DNA of 64,000 nt from an uncultured Adlercreutzia sp. (lineage in GTDB: Bacteria; Actinomycetota; Coriobacteriia; Coriobacteriales; Eggerthellaceae). Positions 1 to 9,726 of this stretch are shown here, one piece after another; position 1 is the stretch's first letter; each line of letters starts with the position of its first letter. Below the pieces are notes generated by a model. It made no database searches. It was given only the letters and a program-made list of their open reading frames with translations, and had not been told where the DNA came from. A program made the position numbers and the translations under genes. The DNA is taken from contig CABSMC010000002.1 of the NCBI GenBank assembly GCA_902478715.1, positions 4,313 to 68,312 on the forward strand, written 5' to 3'.

Positions 1-279
1 CTTCGAGGTGAGGTGCCAGCCGTTGCAGTAGGGGCAGTGGTAGACGTGCAGGGGCGGGGCGCCGTGCTCGGCACATTCGACAGCGGTGAGCTCGGCCTCG
101 TAGCGACTCGCATAGCGGTTCTTGCGCTCGCAGGCCTTGTGGCGCAGGGCGGCCGCGCGCTCCTCGTCGTGGCGCTGACTGCGTGCGTTCTCGCTGGCGA
201 ACAGGTCATCCATGCCGCCAAGGGATGCAGCGAACTGCGCCTTCTGTTTCTGCCACGCCGAGCGCTTCTTGCTGCCCAC
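1..279 (-). CDS. Small hypothetical protein with a CxxC..H putative Zn-binding motif; runs off the window start and is absent from the ORF track
   Basis: GTG at 279 after an AAGGGAGG RBS; open frame MGSKKRSAWQ...KACERKNRYASRYEAE...VYHCPYCNGWHLTSK to position 1. Confidence 0.75.
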   Translation of the reverse strand, partial: MGSKKRSAWQKQKAQFAASLGGMDDLFASENARSQRHDEERAAALRHKACERKNRYASRYEAELTAVECAEHGAPPLHVYHCPYCNGWHLTSK

Positions 280-547
280 GGACGCCTCCCTTCATCGATG
301 CAATCGTAGTTTGTGCATCCATAGGCAGCTTCTTCCCTGAAGTTGCCTGAGCACGGCGGAGCACCTGTCGCCATTGTAACGCGCGTCGACAGAAATCTAC
401 GGCGAGGACATCCAGCGACTCAAGATCCCCAACACCAGCGGGGGCTCGTTCCCCAGGAGCTGTTCTACCTGTCTGGCAAGCTCCACGACAGTCAGTGCGT
501 GTACCCGCTCTCAATGAGAGAGCAGGCACGTCGCGACAGGGGGTTCT

Positions 548-2086
548 CTATGCCTCGAACAGAGCAACGACATCGGCTTTCGAGTTTACACCGAGCTTTG
601 CATACAAATGGCGCACATGGGTCTTTACGGTGTTCTCGGACAAGAACAACTCGCCCTCTATCTCGCGACGCGTCTTACCCTGAGCGATGAGTCCCATGAT
701 CTCCGCCTCCCGGGCTGTGAGCCCGTGCTCGGCGGCCACGCGGTCGCAACGAGCGATGAAGCGCTCACGGGGACCGGCCACGTGCAGGTTCGTCTCGGGC
801 GCCACCCCGGCAGCACCCCAATCACCGTTGACTGACTTTTCGCTCGTCCACACGAGCACGCAAGCCCCCACCAGCACAATGCCCGCTACGACGAAAGCCC
901 AGGAGAACACAGCGGTTTCCGTATAACCGCTCTCCCAGACGACTCGCCGGAAGACAACACCGACCAGAATGGCCGCCTCACTGGAGGCTCGAGCGATGGC
1001 GAAGACCCGCAAGCTCGGCACTTCGAAGCGATAGCAAATGCCCGCCAATACCAGAAGCACGAAGAATGTGAACCACACATAAGCGAACTTGACGAGGAAG
1101 GCCACCAGATAGGCCAGGGCGTCATGGGCGAAAGGCACCAGAACCAGGGCAAGCACCGCCAAGGGTAACGCCACCTTTGCGAGGAAACGTACATCCATGC
1201 GGTCGCGGCGTGCGAACATCACCCCCAAGATGACCGCACCCGCCAGCATGGTGGCCAGCACGCGAAATATCGCTCCAACTCCTTCCGCGCGCACGAGGCC
1301 CGACGTACCCGACAGCAGACCGGCCACAGCCATGATGATCACGAGCTTCCACGGCACGGCATAACGGATCCAAGGCTGGCTTCCGGGCTCCCCCGGCAGC
1401 GCCTGCAGGCTTAGCCACGCACATCCGAGCGACAGCAAGGGCAGTGCCGCCGTAGCCACAATGGCGTAGGGGGCCTTCATGGTGCATACGAGAAACGACG
1501 CACCACCGGCAACCAAACACGAGAACGCCCCGTACATGATGGTGCGTGTCATGCCCATCTGCGAGTAGATCTCAGCCCACAGACAGAACAGAACCGCCCC
1601 GCCGAGGGCCGTTATCGCGCCAACCGCACTCAGGAGCGACACGGGAACAGCCCCGGGGATGAGGACGGCGCCGCCGACCAGCGTTCCCACGCAGGTGAGC
1701 CCCACGAGGCCGGTACACAGGCCACCATGGCGGCTGAGGCGCCCCACCTGCGGCGCAACCAGGCCGAGCAACAGGAGCATCCCCACGTCGCCGGCGCGCA
1801 TGGCGTAATCGAACACGTGACGGGGTTCTAAATCGATACCGGCACCGGGGAATATCGCCGTGATATGGGTGCAACAGAGCCACGCAATGAGCAGCCCCAT
1901 GCCGAGAAAACGCCAAGGGAAGAACCGCGCCGGCATACCACTGCGGTCATTGCCGGGGGCATCCGGAGTCGTCTCGCTATCCCGCAATGCCGAGACAGCC
2001 GACACCGGTGCGGGGTCGGGCAGGCCCTCGGCTCCGGCCTCCACCATAGCATCCGCCACCATCTGCACTGCCTCCTTGGCTCCCAC
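548..2086 (-). CDS. Transmembrane LuxR-family transcriptional regulator
   Basis: About 12 hydrophobic segments, then C-terminal LuxR HTH (LTAREAEIMGLIAQGKT...LSENTVKTHVRHLYAKLGV). Confidence 0.9.
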   Translation of the reverse strand: MGAKEAVQMVADAMVEAGAEGLPDPAPVSAVSALRDSETTPDAPGNDRSGMPARFFPWRFLGMGLLIAWLCCTHITAIFPGAGIDLEPRHVFDYAMRAGDVGMLLLLGLVAPQVGRLSRHGGLCTGLVGLTCVGTLVGGAVLIPGAVPVSLLSAVGAITALGGAVLFCLWAEIYSQMGMTRTIMYGAFSCLVAGGASFLVCTMKAPYAIVATAALPLLSLGCAWLSLQALPGEPGSQPWIRYAVPWKLVIIMAVAGLLSGTSGLVRAEGVGAIFRVLATMLAGAVILGVMFARRDRMDVRFLAKVALPLAVLALVLVPFAHDALAYLVAFLVKFAYVWFTFFVLLVLAGICYRFEVPSLRVFAIARASSEAAILVGVVFRRVVWESGYTETAVFSWAFVVAGIVLVGACVLVWTSEKSVNGDWGAAGVAPETNLHVAGPRERFIARCDRVAAEHGLTAREAEIMGLIAQGKTRREIEGELFLSENTVKTHVRHLYAKLGVNSKADVVALFEA

Positions 2087-2115
2087 CGTTAGTCACTCCC
2101 CTCTTCCCTTTTCCA

Positions 2116-2228
2116 TGGGGTGAATCGCCCGCTTTTCCCTGAGTCACCGCCCCATTGTACCAGGGAAAACTTAGGGGTGAGGCCAGGGGTGAGGGAGCAA
2201 TCACCCTGAATCGGCAGCAACTTCACCC
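2116..2228. promoter_or_regulatory. Divergent promoter region with repeated GGGGTGA/TCACCC motifs (candidate LuxR sites)
   Basis: GGGGTGA at 2117, 2174, 2186; TCACCC at 2201, 2223; TTTTCCCTG/CAGGGAAAA inverted repeat (2133/2161); minus-strand TACAAT at 2154-2159. Confidence 0.5.
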
Positions 2229-2339
2229 GCGACAAGGGATCACAAAGGGCCCATGATGAGCTTGCCCGCTGAAGCGCGGCAACCACTTCCGACCGCCGCC
2301 TTCAGCGGCACCGATTCTAACTCTTGGAGGGAGAGAAAC

Positions 2340-3983
2340 ATGAGCAACACCACCGTTTCCCGTCGCAGCTTTCTGACTCTCGGGGGCATTGCCGCTCTGG
2401 GCGCCGGCGCAGCCCTGACCGGATGCGCCCCGAAGGCTCCGGCGAAAGATCTGGCCACGACCGGCGCCGAAGAGGCGGCCTCAACCATGCAGACCGCCGA
2501 CGAGATTAAGGAATGCGATATCGCCATCGTAGGCGCTGGCGGTGCAGGTATGTGGGCCGCCGTGGAGGCCGTGCGAGCCGGCAAGTCGGTCATCGTCATT
2601 GAGAAGGGCGGCGACGTGGGTGTCTCCAACGGCTCCATCGCCGGCGGTCCGTTTATGGTGGGCTCGAAGCTTCAGCAGCAGGCCGGCATTACCCTCACCA
2701 TCGAAGAGGCCTTCAATCACGTCATGGAGTACTCCCACTGGTCCACGAACGCCCCGGCTGTAAAACGAGCCCTTGAGCTGTCGGGCAGCACCGTGGACGA
2801 ATTCACCGACGAGTTCGGCGTAGCCACGGGATTGCGCCCCGACAACTACGGAGCCGGTCACGATTCCGTGCGCTGCAATTTCCAATCCGATCCAAAGAAC
2901 TCCAAGACCCAAGCAAAGGGTGTAGATCGCATGGGGCCCCTGCAGACCTTCATTGAGGGCAAAGGCGGCGAGTTTTTGTTCAATACCGCAGGCAAGCGCC
3001 TCATCATGGAGGATGGCGCCTGCACAGGCATCCAGTGCGAGGGCGATAGCGTCATCGATGTGAAGGCTAAGGCCGTCATCGTGGCCACCGGTGGGTTCCT
3101 CGGTAACCCCGAAATGATGACCGAGCGCTTCGGCACCTTCGTGAACCCGTTGGGCAATCTGCTATCCGTGGGCGAGGGCATCGAGATGGTGCAGGAGGTG
3201 GGCGGCCAAGTGTCCACCCAGTGGGGCATCGCCGGCAACGAATTCTCCGGCTCCAACCAGAAAGCCAACGGTCTGTGGGGAAAGGGCAATGCCGCCTTCT
3301 CTATCGGCATCTACGGGACGCTGCTCGTAAACAACCAGGGTCGACGCTTCAGCAACGAGGGCAAGTTCGCGAACCTGCCTCTGGCTTTGGGCGGTGCTAT
3401 CTCGCTGGTCGGCGGCCAGTACTACGCCGTGGTTGACCAGGCCTACGTGGACGGACTCGCCAGCGGCACCGACCCCTGGACACTGTGTGGCTCGGACGCC
3501 GAGAACTGGCACACCGGTATGATGACCCTGAAGGATAAGCCCCTCGAGGACGTACAAGCGAACATCGACGCCGGCGTGGACGAGGGCTGGATCTTCAAAG
3601 CCGACACGGCGGAGGCCCTTGCCGAGGCCATCGGCGCCCCCGAGCTGACGGCAACGCTCGATGAGTACAACGGCTACTGCGCCACGGGCAAAGACGAGCA
3701 GTTCTACAAGCCGGCCTGTTTCCTGCAGCCGGTGGCGAAAGGCCCCTTCTACGCCATGCAGTACGAGCCGAGCGCTTGGGTGACCATCGGCGGCATCCGC
3801 ACCAACGACCGCTTGCAAGCCATCGACAGCGAGGGTATTGCCATCCCCGGTCTATATGTGGCCGGTGCCGACAACGGCACCCTCATGAGCGCCCCCTACT
3901 GCGACTACGAGGGCTTCTCCCTCATGTGCGCCTATAACGGCGGCCGCATGGCTGGCATGTACGCCGCCGAAACCATCGCCTAG
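2340..3983 (+). CDS. Tat-exported FAD-dependent oxidoreductase (flavocytochrome c / FAD_binding_2 family), probable lipoprotein
   Basis: SRRSFL Tat motif, LTGC lipobox, GAGGAG FAD motif, ATGGF, C-terminal TIGGI...IPGLYVAG; ATG 2340 after GGAGGGAG. Confidence 0.9.
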   Translation: MSNTTVSRRSFLTLGGIAALGAGAALTGCAPKAPAKDLATTGAEEAASTMQTADEIKECDIAIVGAGGAGMWAAVEAVRAGKSVIVIEKGGDVGVSNGSIAGGPFMVGSKLQQQAGITLTIEEAFNHVMEYSHWSTNAPAVKRALELSGSTVDEFTDEFGVATGLRPDNYGAGHDSVRCNFQSDPKNSKTQAKGVDRMGPLQTFIEGKGGEFLFNTAGKRLIMEDGACTGIQCEGDSVIDVKAKAVIVATGGFLGNPEMMTERFGTFVNPLGNLLSVGEGIEMVQEVGGQVSTQWGIAGNEFSGSNQKANGLWGKGNAAFSIGIYGTLLVNNQGRRFSNEGKFANLPLALGGAISLVGGQYYAVVDQAYVDGLASGTDPWTLCGSDAENWHTGMMTLKDKPLEDVQANIDAGVDEGWIFKADTAEALAEAIGAPELTATLDEYNGYCATGKDEQFYKPACFLQPVAKGPFYAMQYEPSAWVTIGGIRTNDRLQAIDSEGIAIPGLYVAGADNGTLMSAPYCDYEGFSLMCAYNGGRMAGMYAAETIA

Positions 3984-4140
3984 GAAAGCCCAACCACGCA
4001 GCGGCCTGTCCTCCACAGCGAGAATCTAAGGCCGAGTGCGAAAACTACTCCCGCTCTCTCGACAAACCCCTGCGGGCTCTCCCTCCCCGGCCCGCATTCT
4101 TCCCAGCGCCGCCTCCCACCCAGAGGCGGCGCTCTTGCAG

Positions 4141-4169
4141 TTGACAATACTTTGATATCAAAGTATTTT
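4141..4169 (+). promoter_or_regulatory. Sigma70-type promoter overlapped by a perfect 22-bp palindromic operator (probably the MarR site)
   Basis: TTGACA (4141)-17 bp-TATTTT (4164); AATACTTTGAT|ATCAAAGTATT at 4146-4167. Confidence 0.75.
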
Positions 4170-4226
4170 GATTAGCAGCAAGTGTTGAAGGCTCCTTAGG
4201 AGAACCTGTGGCCCAAAGGAGCGCGT

Positions 4227-5321
4227 GTGATAGCGAGGAGCGAAGTGATCGGCATCCTTTACGAATCGGACGAATGGTCCGACTGGAAGCTGAGGCGCGA
4301 GCTCGAGGCGGCGCTGGCGGAGAACGCGCTCGCCGAAGCCGTTCCAGCTGAAGCGAGCTCGCAGACAGCGACAAGAGAAAGCGACGCAGCCGACAATTCC
4401 TGGCGCCACGTGCGCATGATCAACATGGAAGACGCCGGCGCCGTGGAACAGGCCCACAGCTGCGCCATGCTCGTGAGCCGGGTGTTCGCGAGCGCAGCCT
4501 TCCGCGGGCACCAGCGTTCTCACCGGGCCATGGAAGATATCATCGCCCTGGCCGAGGCTGAGGGCATCCCGCTCATCAATCCTGGTCGCGCCCATCACTT
4601 CGAAATCGACAAGCGCCTGGCCACCGAAACGCTGCGCAACGCGGGCATCACGGCTCCAGCTATCATCGCATGGGGGACACCCGCCGAGCTCGGCAGAGCG
4701 GCGGCCGACCTCGACGATTCGCGCTCTGTTGCTCTCAGCCGGGAAGAAGCCTCCGAGGCTTGGAGTTCCCGTGCGTCAGAAGCCGAAATCGCCTCCCACA
4801 GATGGCCCCGGCCGACCCCGGACCAATGGACCTACCCTTGCATCATCAAGCCGAACTGCGGCGGTCGCACCACGCACACCGCTGTGCTGCGCAGCCCTGC
4901 CGCCGCCCGCGCATTTCTGAGCGCAGCCCCCAATCTCGTCTTCATCGTGGAGCCTTATATCGAAGCCGTCGGCGGATTCCTCACGCGCATCGAGGTGGTG
5001 GACGGTCGCATCGCGCTCGTGGTGAAGCGGTCGGTGGCAGCGAGCGGGCTTTCCTCCTACCATGAAGGTTCCACCTACGAGTTGTACCCCGACCGCCCCG
5101 CCGCCGTCACCGATGCCGTGCTGGAAGCGGCCCGCATCCTGGACATCCAATTCGGCAGCTTCGACGTTATCGAGGCCGCCGAGGGCAACTTCATCATCGA
5201 CGCCAACAGCGTGTCGAACGTGTCGGAAGACTGCACCGAGCTATTCGGCTTCGATCTTATGGCCGCCTACACCCGAGCGCTGGCCGCCCGCTACCGCACA
5301 CTGCGCAACGCCACAAATTAG
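4227..5321 (+). CDS. RimK-like ATP-grasp ligase
   Basis: IDKRLA...LRNAGI, YPCIIKPNCGG, VEPYI, GSFDVI..IIDAN ATP-grasp motifs. Confidence 0.75.
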   Translation: MIARSEVIGILYESDEWSDWKLRRELEAALAENALAEAVPAEASSQTATRESDAADNSWRHVRMINMEDAGAVEQAHSCAMLVSRVFASAAFRGHQRSHRAMEDIIALAEAEGIPLINPGRAHHFEIDKRLATETLRNAGITAPAIIAWGTPAELGRAAADLDDSRSVALSREEASEAWSSRASEAEIASHRWPRPTPDQWTYPCIIKPNCGGRTTHTAVLRSPAAARAFLSAAPNLVFIVEPYIEAVGGFLTRIEVVDGRIALVVKRSVAASGLSSYHEGSTYELYPDRPAAVTDAVLEAARILDIQFGSFDVIEAAEGNFIIDANSVSNVSEDCTELFGFDLMAAYTRALAARYRTLRNATN

Positions 5322-5343
5322 CACTTCTCAAGAAAGGAGCCTC

Positions 5344-6027
5344 ATGCTCACCATCCCCGAAGTCTACGACCTTTTCGACCAAATCGGCTGCTGCAGCTTC
5401 GCCACCCTCGATGGGTGCGGCGGCGTCGATTCCCGCATCGCGCACTTCTTTGCCTGCGACGAGGAGGGCCTCTACCTGCGCACCATGGACGTGAAGCCCT
5501 TCTACCGCCAGCTTGTGGAAGGTGGCAAGCTCTCCGTTTGCGGCGAGAAAACCGCCGCGCCCTGCAGCTGGGATGACGACAACATGCCGCATTTCCAGCC
5601 AGGCTTCATGGTGCGCGTCTCCGGCGACGTGCGCCTGCTTACGCCCGAGGAAGTGGAGGCGAAGGCAGCGGCAAACCCGCAGTTCAACGTCGCCATATAC
5701 GACATCAACAAGTATCCCGAGACCCGCGTGCTCGCGCTGCATTCCGCTTGGGGCGAGCTGTACGATTACGACTTCAACATGATGCACCGCGACCACAAGA
5801 TCCTCCGCGAGCGCTTCGCCTGGGGCGGTGCGACTTTCGAGGCGCCGGGGCTTTCCATCACCGATGCGTGCATCGAGTGCGGTGCCTGCGCCGAGGCCTG
5901 CACCCACAAGGCCATCGTGCCCGGCAGCCCCTACGCCATCCTCGGTGAGCGCTGCGACGAGTGCGGCAACTGCTACCATGTCTGCCCCGCCGGCGCCGTC
6001 GTCAGCAAGGGCGCTTTGGAAGATTAG
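5344..6027 (+). CDS. Pyridoxamine-5'-phosphate-oxidase-like domain fused to a C-terminal 2x[4Fe-4S] ferredoxin
   Basis: ATG 5344 after GAAAGGAG; FATLD..SRIAHF..KPFYRQL split-barrel-like N-terminus; CIECGACAEAC and CDECGNCYHVCP. Confidence 0.75.
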   Translation: MLTIPEVYDLFDQIGCCSFATLDGCGGVDSRIAHFFACDEEGLYLRTMDVKPFYRQLVEGGKLSVCGEKTAAPCSWDDDNMPHFQPGFMVRVSGDVRLLTPEEVEAKAAANPQFNVAIYDINKYPETRVLALHSAWGELYDYDFNMMHRDHKILRERFAWGGATFEAPGLSITDACIECGACAEACTHKAIVPGSPYAILGERCDECGNCYHVCPAGAVVSKGALED

Positions 6028-6036
6028 GAGAGAGCC

Positions 6037-6624
6037 ATGCGAGAAGAACCAGAAGAGAGCAGAGAAACCGCAGCCGCCGTTCCGAGCGCATCACACGCCT
6101 CGAGCGTCCAAGACGTCCCGAACATGCTCCCTCACGGCGATATCGTCAGCCTTATGAGCCGCACGCTCGGCGCGGCCAATCGTTACCTGGTGGAGCTCAT
6201 GGCCCGCGAAGGGCTCGCCGGCATCGTGCCCTCCCACGGCGACATCCTCATGCAGCTGTTCGCCCACGACGCGATGTCCATGGCTGCTTTGGCTGAAGCC
6301 ATCGGGAAGGATCCATCCACGGTGACGGCCCTCGTGCGCAAGCTAGCCAATGCCGGCTATGTGGAGAAAGCCCCCAACCCCCGCGACCGCCGCATGTGCG
6401 AGGTGCGTCTGACCGATGCGGGCCGCGCCCTGGGGCCGGCCATGGATCGCGTGTCCCATACGCTTATCACAACGCTGACAAATAGCATCCCCGCCGCCGA
6501 CCTTGCCGCTACTTGCCGTACCATGAAAGCCATGCAAGAGAATATGAGTGCCGCAGACGATTCTGAATCGAAGCGTGAACCCGATTCCCAGCCTGCAGCC
6601 GAAACCCGAGGAGACCGCCAATGA
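6037..6624 (+). CDS. MarR-family transcriptional regulator
   Basis: MAALAEAIGKDPSTVTALVRKL..GYVEK..DRR..VRLTDAGR. Confidence 0.9.
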   Translation: MREEPEESRETAAAVPSASHASSVQDVPNMLPHGDIVSLMSRTLGAANRYLVELMAREGLAGIVPSHGDILMQLFAHDAMSMAALAEAIGKDPSTVTALVRKLANAGYVEKAPNPRDRRMCEVRLTDAGRALGPAMDRVSHTLITTLTNSIPAADLAATCRTMKAMQENMSAADDSESKREPDSQPAAETRGDRQ

Positions 6625-7505
6625 ACCTTTCACTCCCCCGCAGCTTCCCCATCGCGAAGGCGGCCCTTGCTGCCGCCGTCATCGCCTGCACCTTCGCCCT
6701 GGCCTGCAGTTTGACCGGCTGCGCGTCGAACGCCGCCGACAACGGCGCCGATGCCGACAACGCCCCCTCCAACACCAACGGCAAGACCCTGCGCGTGGCC
6801 ATGGAACTGGCCTACCCTCCCTTCGAAACGAAGGACGACGCCGGCAACCCGGAGGGCCTGGCCGTCGATTTCATCCGCGACTTCGGCGCCGCCTACGGCT
6901 ACGACGTGCAGATTGAGAACACCGCCTGGGACGGCCTTATTCCCTCGCTGCAATCGGATAAGGCCGATCTCGTTATCAGTTCCATGACCATCACCGACGA
7001 GCGCAAGCAGTCCGTGGACTTCTCCGATGCCTACGCCATGGCCCAACTGGCCATTCTGGCGAACGCGGATTCTGGCGTGGCCTCCATCGACGACTTGAAC
7101 CAGCCCGGCAAGAAGGTGGCCGTGAAGACCGGCTCCACCGGCGACGTGTACGCCACGAAAAACCTCACCAACGCGGAGATCGTGCGCCTGGCCGACGAGA
7201 GCGCGTGCGTGACCGAGGTGGTGCAGGGCAAGGCTGACGGCTTCCTGTACGACCAGCTAACCATCTACCGCAACCACGAGGCGAACCCCGACACCACCGA
7301 AGCAGTGTTCATCCCCTTCCAGGATGCCGAGGAATGGGGCATCGCCGTGAAGAAGGGCAACACCGAGCTCTTGGACCAGCTGAACGCCTTCATCGCCCAG
7401 TCGAAGACCGACGGCGAGTTCGACCGCCTCACCGAGAAGTACCTCTCCGAGGAAAAGAAGGCCTTCGACCAGTACGGCTTCAAGTGGTTCTTCGATTTCG
7501 AGTAA
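6621..7505 (+). CDS. Polar amino-acid ABC transporter substrate-binding lipoprotein
   Basis: LTGC lipobox; YPPFE, WDGLIPSL, ISSMTITDER (SBP_bac_3). Confidence 0.9.
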   Translation: MNLSLPRSFPIAKAALAAAVIACTFALACSLTGCASNAADNGADADNAPSNTNGKTLRVAMELAYPPFETKDDAGNPEGLAVDFIRDFGAAYGYDVQIENTAWDGLIPSLQSDKADLVISSMTITDERKQSVDFSDAYAMAQLAILANADSGVASIDDLNQPGKKVAVKTGSTGDVYATKNLTNAEIVRLADESACVTEVVQGKADGFLYDQLTIYRNHEANPDTTEAVFIPFQDAEEWGIAVKKGNTELLDQLNAFIAQSKTDGEFDRLTEKYLSEEKKAFDQYGFKWFFDFE

Positions 7506-7514
7506 TCTAGTCTC

Positions 7515-8312
7515 ATGAAACGCCTCACCACCATCACTCGTCCCTTCACCGCCGCCGCAGGCGCGCCCGTGCGCCCGACGAAGGCGGCTCTGAACTACCT
7601 GGCGGTGTGCGTGGCGGTGATCGCCGTGGTGTGGGCATCGCTAGCCGCAGCGGGCATCTCGCTGAACTTCGACTTCGTGGCCCAGTACCGCGTGCGCATC
7701 TGGGACGGCTTCTGCATGACCGTGGGCATCTCGGCGGCGTCGCTCGTGGTGAGCCTGGCGCTCGGCGTGCTCGTGGCCGCGGGCCAGGGCGCGCGCTTCT
7801 TGCCGCTGCGCTACCTGTGCGACTTCTACGTGAAGATCATCCGCGGCACGCCGCTCATCGTGCAGGTGTACTTCTTCTACTACATCATCGGCACGGCCTG
7901 GGGCATCGACAACCGCGTGCTCGCCGGCATCATCATCCTGTCGCTGTTCTCCGGCGCCTACATCGCCGAAATCGTGCGCGGCAGCCTGCTGTCGCTGGAC
8001 GCGGGGCAGATGGAAGCGGCCCGGGCTGTCGGTTTCACCCGCGCCCAAACGCTGCGCTACGTGGTGGCACCGCAGCTGGTGGCGCGCACGCTGCCGGCGC
8101 TCACGGGCCAGGTGGCCTCCATCATCAAGGATTCGTCGCTGCTGTCGGTCATCGCCGTCATCGAGCTGACTCAGACCATGCGCGAGATCACTGCCACGAA
8201 CTATAACTTCTTCGGTGGGTTTTTGCTGCTCGGCGCGCTGTATCTGGTGCTCACGCTGCCCATCATGGCGGTAAGCCGCCACTTCGAGAAGAGGCTCGAC
8301 TATGCGCATTAG
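7515..8312 (+). CDS. Polar amino-acid ABC transporter permease
   Basis: IRGTPLIVQ, AYIAEIVRG, GQMEAARAVG, IKDSSL. Confidence 0.92.
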   Translation: MKRLTTITRPFTAAAGAPVRPTKAALNYLAVCVAVIAVVWASLAAAGISLNFDFVAQYRVRIWDGFCMTVGISAASLVVSLALGVLVAAGQGARFLPLRYLCDFYVKIIRGTPLIVQVYFFYYIIGTAWGIDNRVLAGIIILSLFSGAYIAEIVRGSLLSLDAGQMEAARAVGFTRAQTLRYVVAPQLVARTLPALTGQVASIIKDSSLLSVIAVIELTQTMREITATNYNFFGGFLLLGALYLVLTLPIMAVSRHFEKRLDYAH

Positions 8313-8382
8313 GACAGCAAAACTGTTGCGCCGTTCGGGCGCCTCGGCCCTCGTAGCCAGGGAGGCGAACTATGCGCATTAG
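8299..8382 (+). repeat. 14-bp direct repeat ACTATGCGCATTAG flanking a 56-bp insert at the permease/ATPase junction
   Basis: Identical copies at 8299-8312 and 8369-8382. Confidence 0.85.
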
Positions 8383-9106
8383 TCTCGACCACCTGTGCAA
8401 ATCTTTCGACGGCGTGGAAGTCCTGCGCAACATCACCTTCGACGAAGAAGTATCGGCCCTCGCCATCATCGGCCCCTCCGGCGGTGGGAAGTCCACCCTG
8501 CTGCGCATCATCGGCGGCCTGGAGGCGCCGACCTCCGGCACCATGGCCGTAGACGGCAGCCCCGTCTCCTTCGACGAAGCGTCCTTGCGCGCCTACCGCG
8601 CCACCTTGGGCTTCGTCTTCCAAGACGGTGGCCTGTTCCACCACATGACCGCTTTGGAGAACGTGGCGCTCCCCTTGCAGGTGGTTCATGGCGCGAGCTC
8701 CGATGAGGCTGATGACCGCGCTCGCGAACTGCTCGCGCGCCTCGGTTTGGAAGACTCGCTAGCAAAGCGCCCGGCCCAGCTGTCCGGCGGCCAAAAGCAG
8801 CGCGTCGCCATCGCCCGTGCGCTCGCCGCCCGCCCGCGCCTGTTGCTGCTGGACGAACCCACAAGCGCCCTAGACCCAGAGTTCACCACCGAAGTGCTCG
8901 ACGTCGTGCGCGACCTCGCCGAAGCCGGCACGCGCTTCATCATCGTCACCCACGAGATGGGCTTCGCCCGCCACGCCTGCGACCACGTCGCTTTCCTCTA
9001 CGGCGGCCGCCTTCTGGAGTACGGCGATGCCGCCCGCGTTTTCGACCACCCCGAAACCCCCGAACTCACCCGCTTCCTCAGCCGCCTTCTGGAATGGAGC
9101 ATGTGA
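8372..9106 (+). CDS. Amino-acid ABC transporter ATP-binding protein
   Basis: GPSGGGKS, LSGGQKQR, LLLLDEPT, VTHEMGFA. Confidence 0.93.
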   Translation: MRISLDHLCKSFDGVEVLRNITFDEEVSALAIIGPSGGGKSTLLRIIGGLEAPTSGTMAVDGSPVSFDEASLRAYRATLGFVFQDGGLFHHMTALENVALPLQVVHGASSDEADDRARELLARLGLEDSLAKRPAQLSGGQKQRVAIARALAARPRLLLLDEPTSALDPEFTTEVLDVVRDLAEAGTRFIIVTHEMGFARHACDHVAFLYGGRLLEYGDAARVFDHPETPELTRFLSRLLEWSM

Positions 9107-9120
9107 GGAGAGGGGGGGCG

Positions 9121-9726
9121 TTACGCCCTCCACAGCTCGTTGTCGCGCACGGCGTTCATGAACCAGGCTCCGTGTTTAGCCACGTCGCCCACCCATGAGA
9201 GAACGCCGGCGCTCCAGCGAGCGAGGGCAACGAACTCGACGGTGTTGTCAAGAATCGTCGCCTCGTCGCATAGGTCGAGAGCGCGCGACAGGTTCCCCAG
9301 GGACGCTCGGTAGCGACGTAGCACCGCCCCCTCGTCGATATCATGACCGCCTACGGCCACCCGATGGGCAATGCGGTCGAGGGCCACTGCGGCCGTATCG
9401 ACGCCGATGTAGTACAACACCACCCGGTATCCAGCCTCCCGCGCCCGGCTCATATTGCGAAGCACCGCGTGACCCGTCAGCGTCGTTTCCTGGTTGAAGC
9501 TGCGCCGGCGAGAGAGGCACTCTTCTATGAGGCGGACCGCCTCACGCCCGGCACGCAGCTGATCGGCGCTGGAGGCCGGATCACCGCCCTGGGCCACGAC
9601 GATCTCGTCGGAGTTCACACGCGCCATGGTGCGCGGCATGTCCTCCGTGCGCCAAAGACCCGTGCGATAGAACGTCGATTTCCCCGCCCCGTTCACGCCG
9701 GCGAAGACCACGTACACGGGCTGCAT
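9121..9726 (-). CDS. Zeta-toxin-family P-loop protein
   Basis: ATG 9726 in a TGATG overlap; VFAGVNGAGKST, NSDEI, SFNQETTL, RVAVGGHDI. Confidence 0.8.
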   Translation of the reverse strand: MQPVYVVFAGVNGAGKSTFYRTGLWRTEDMPRTMARVNSDEIVVAQGGDPASSADQLRAGREAVRLIEECLSRRRSFNQETTLTGHAVLRNMSRAREAGYRVVLYYIGVDTAAVALDRIAHRVAVGGHDIDEGAVLRRYRASLGNLSRALDLCDEATILDNTVEFVALARWSAGVLSWVGDVAKHGAWFMNAVRDNELWRA

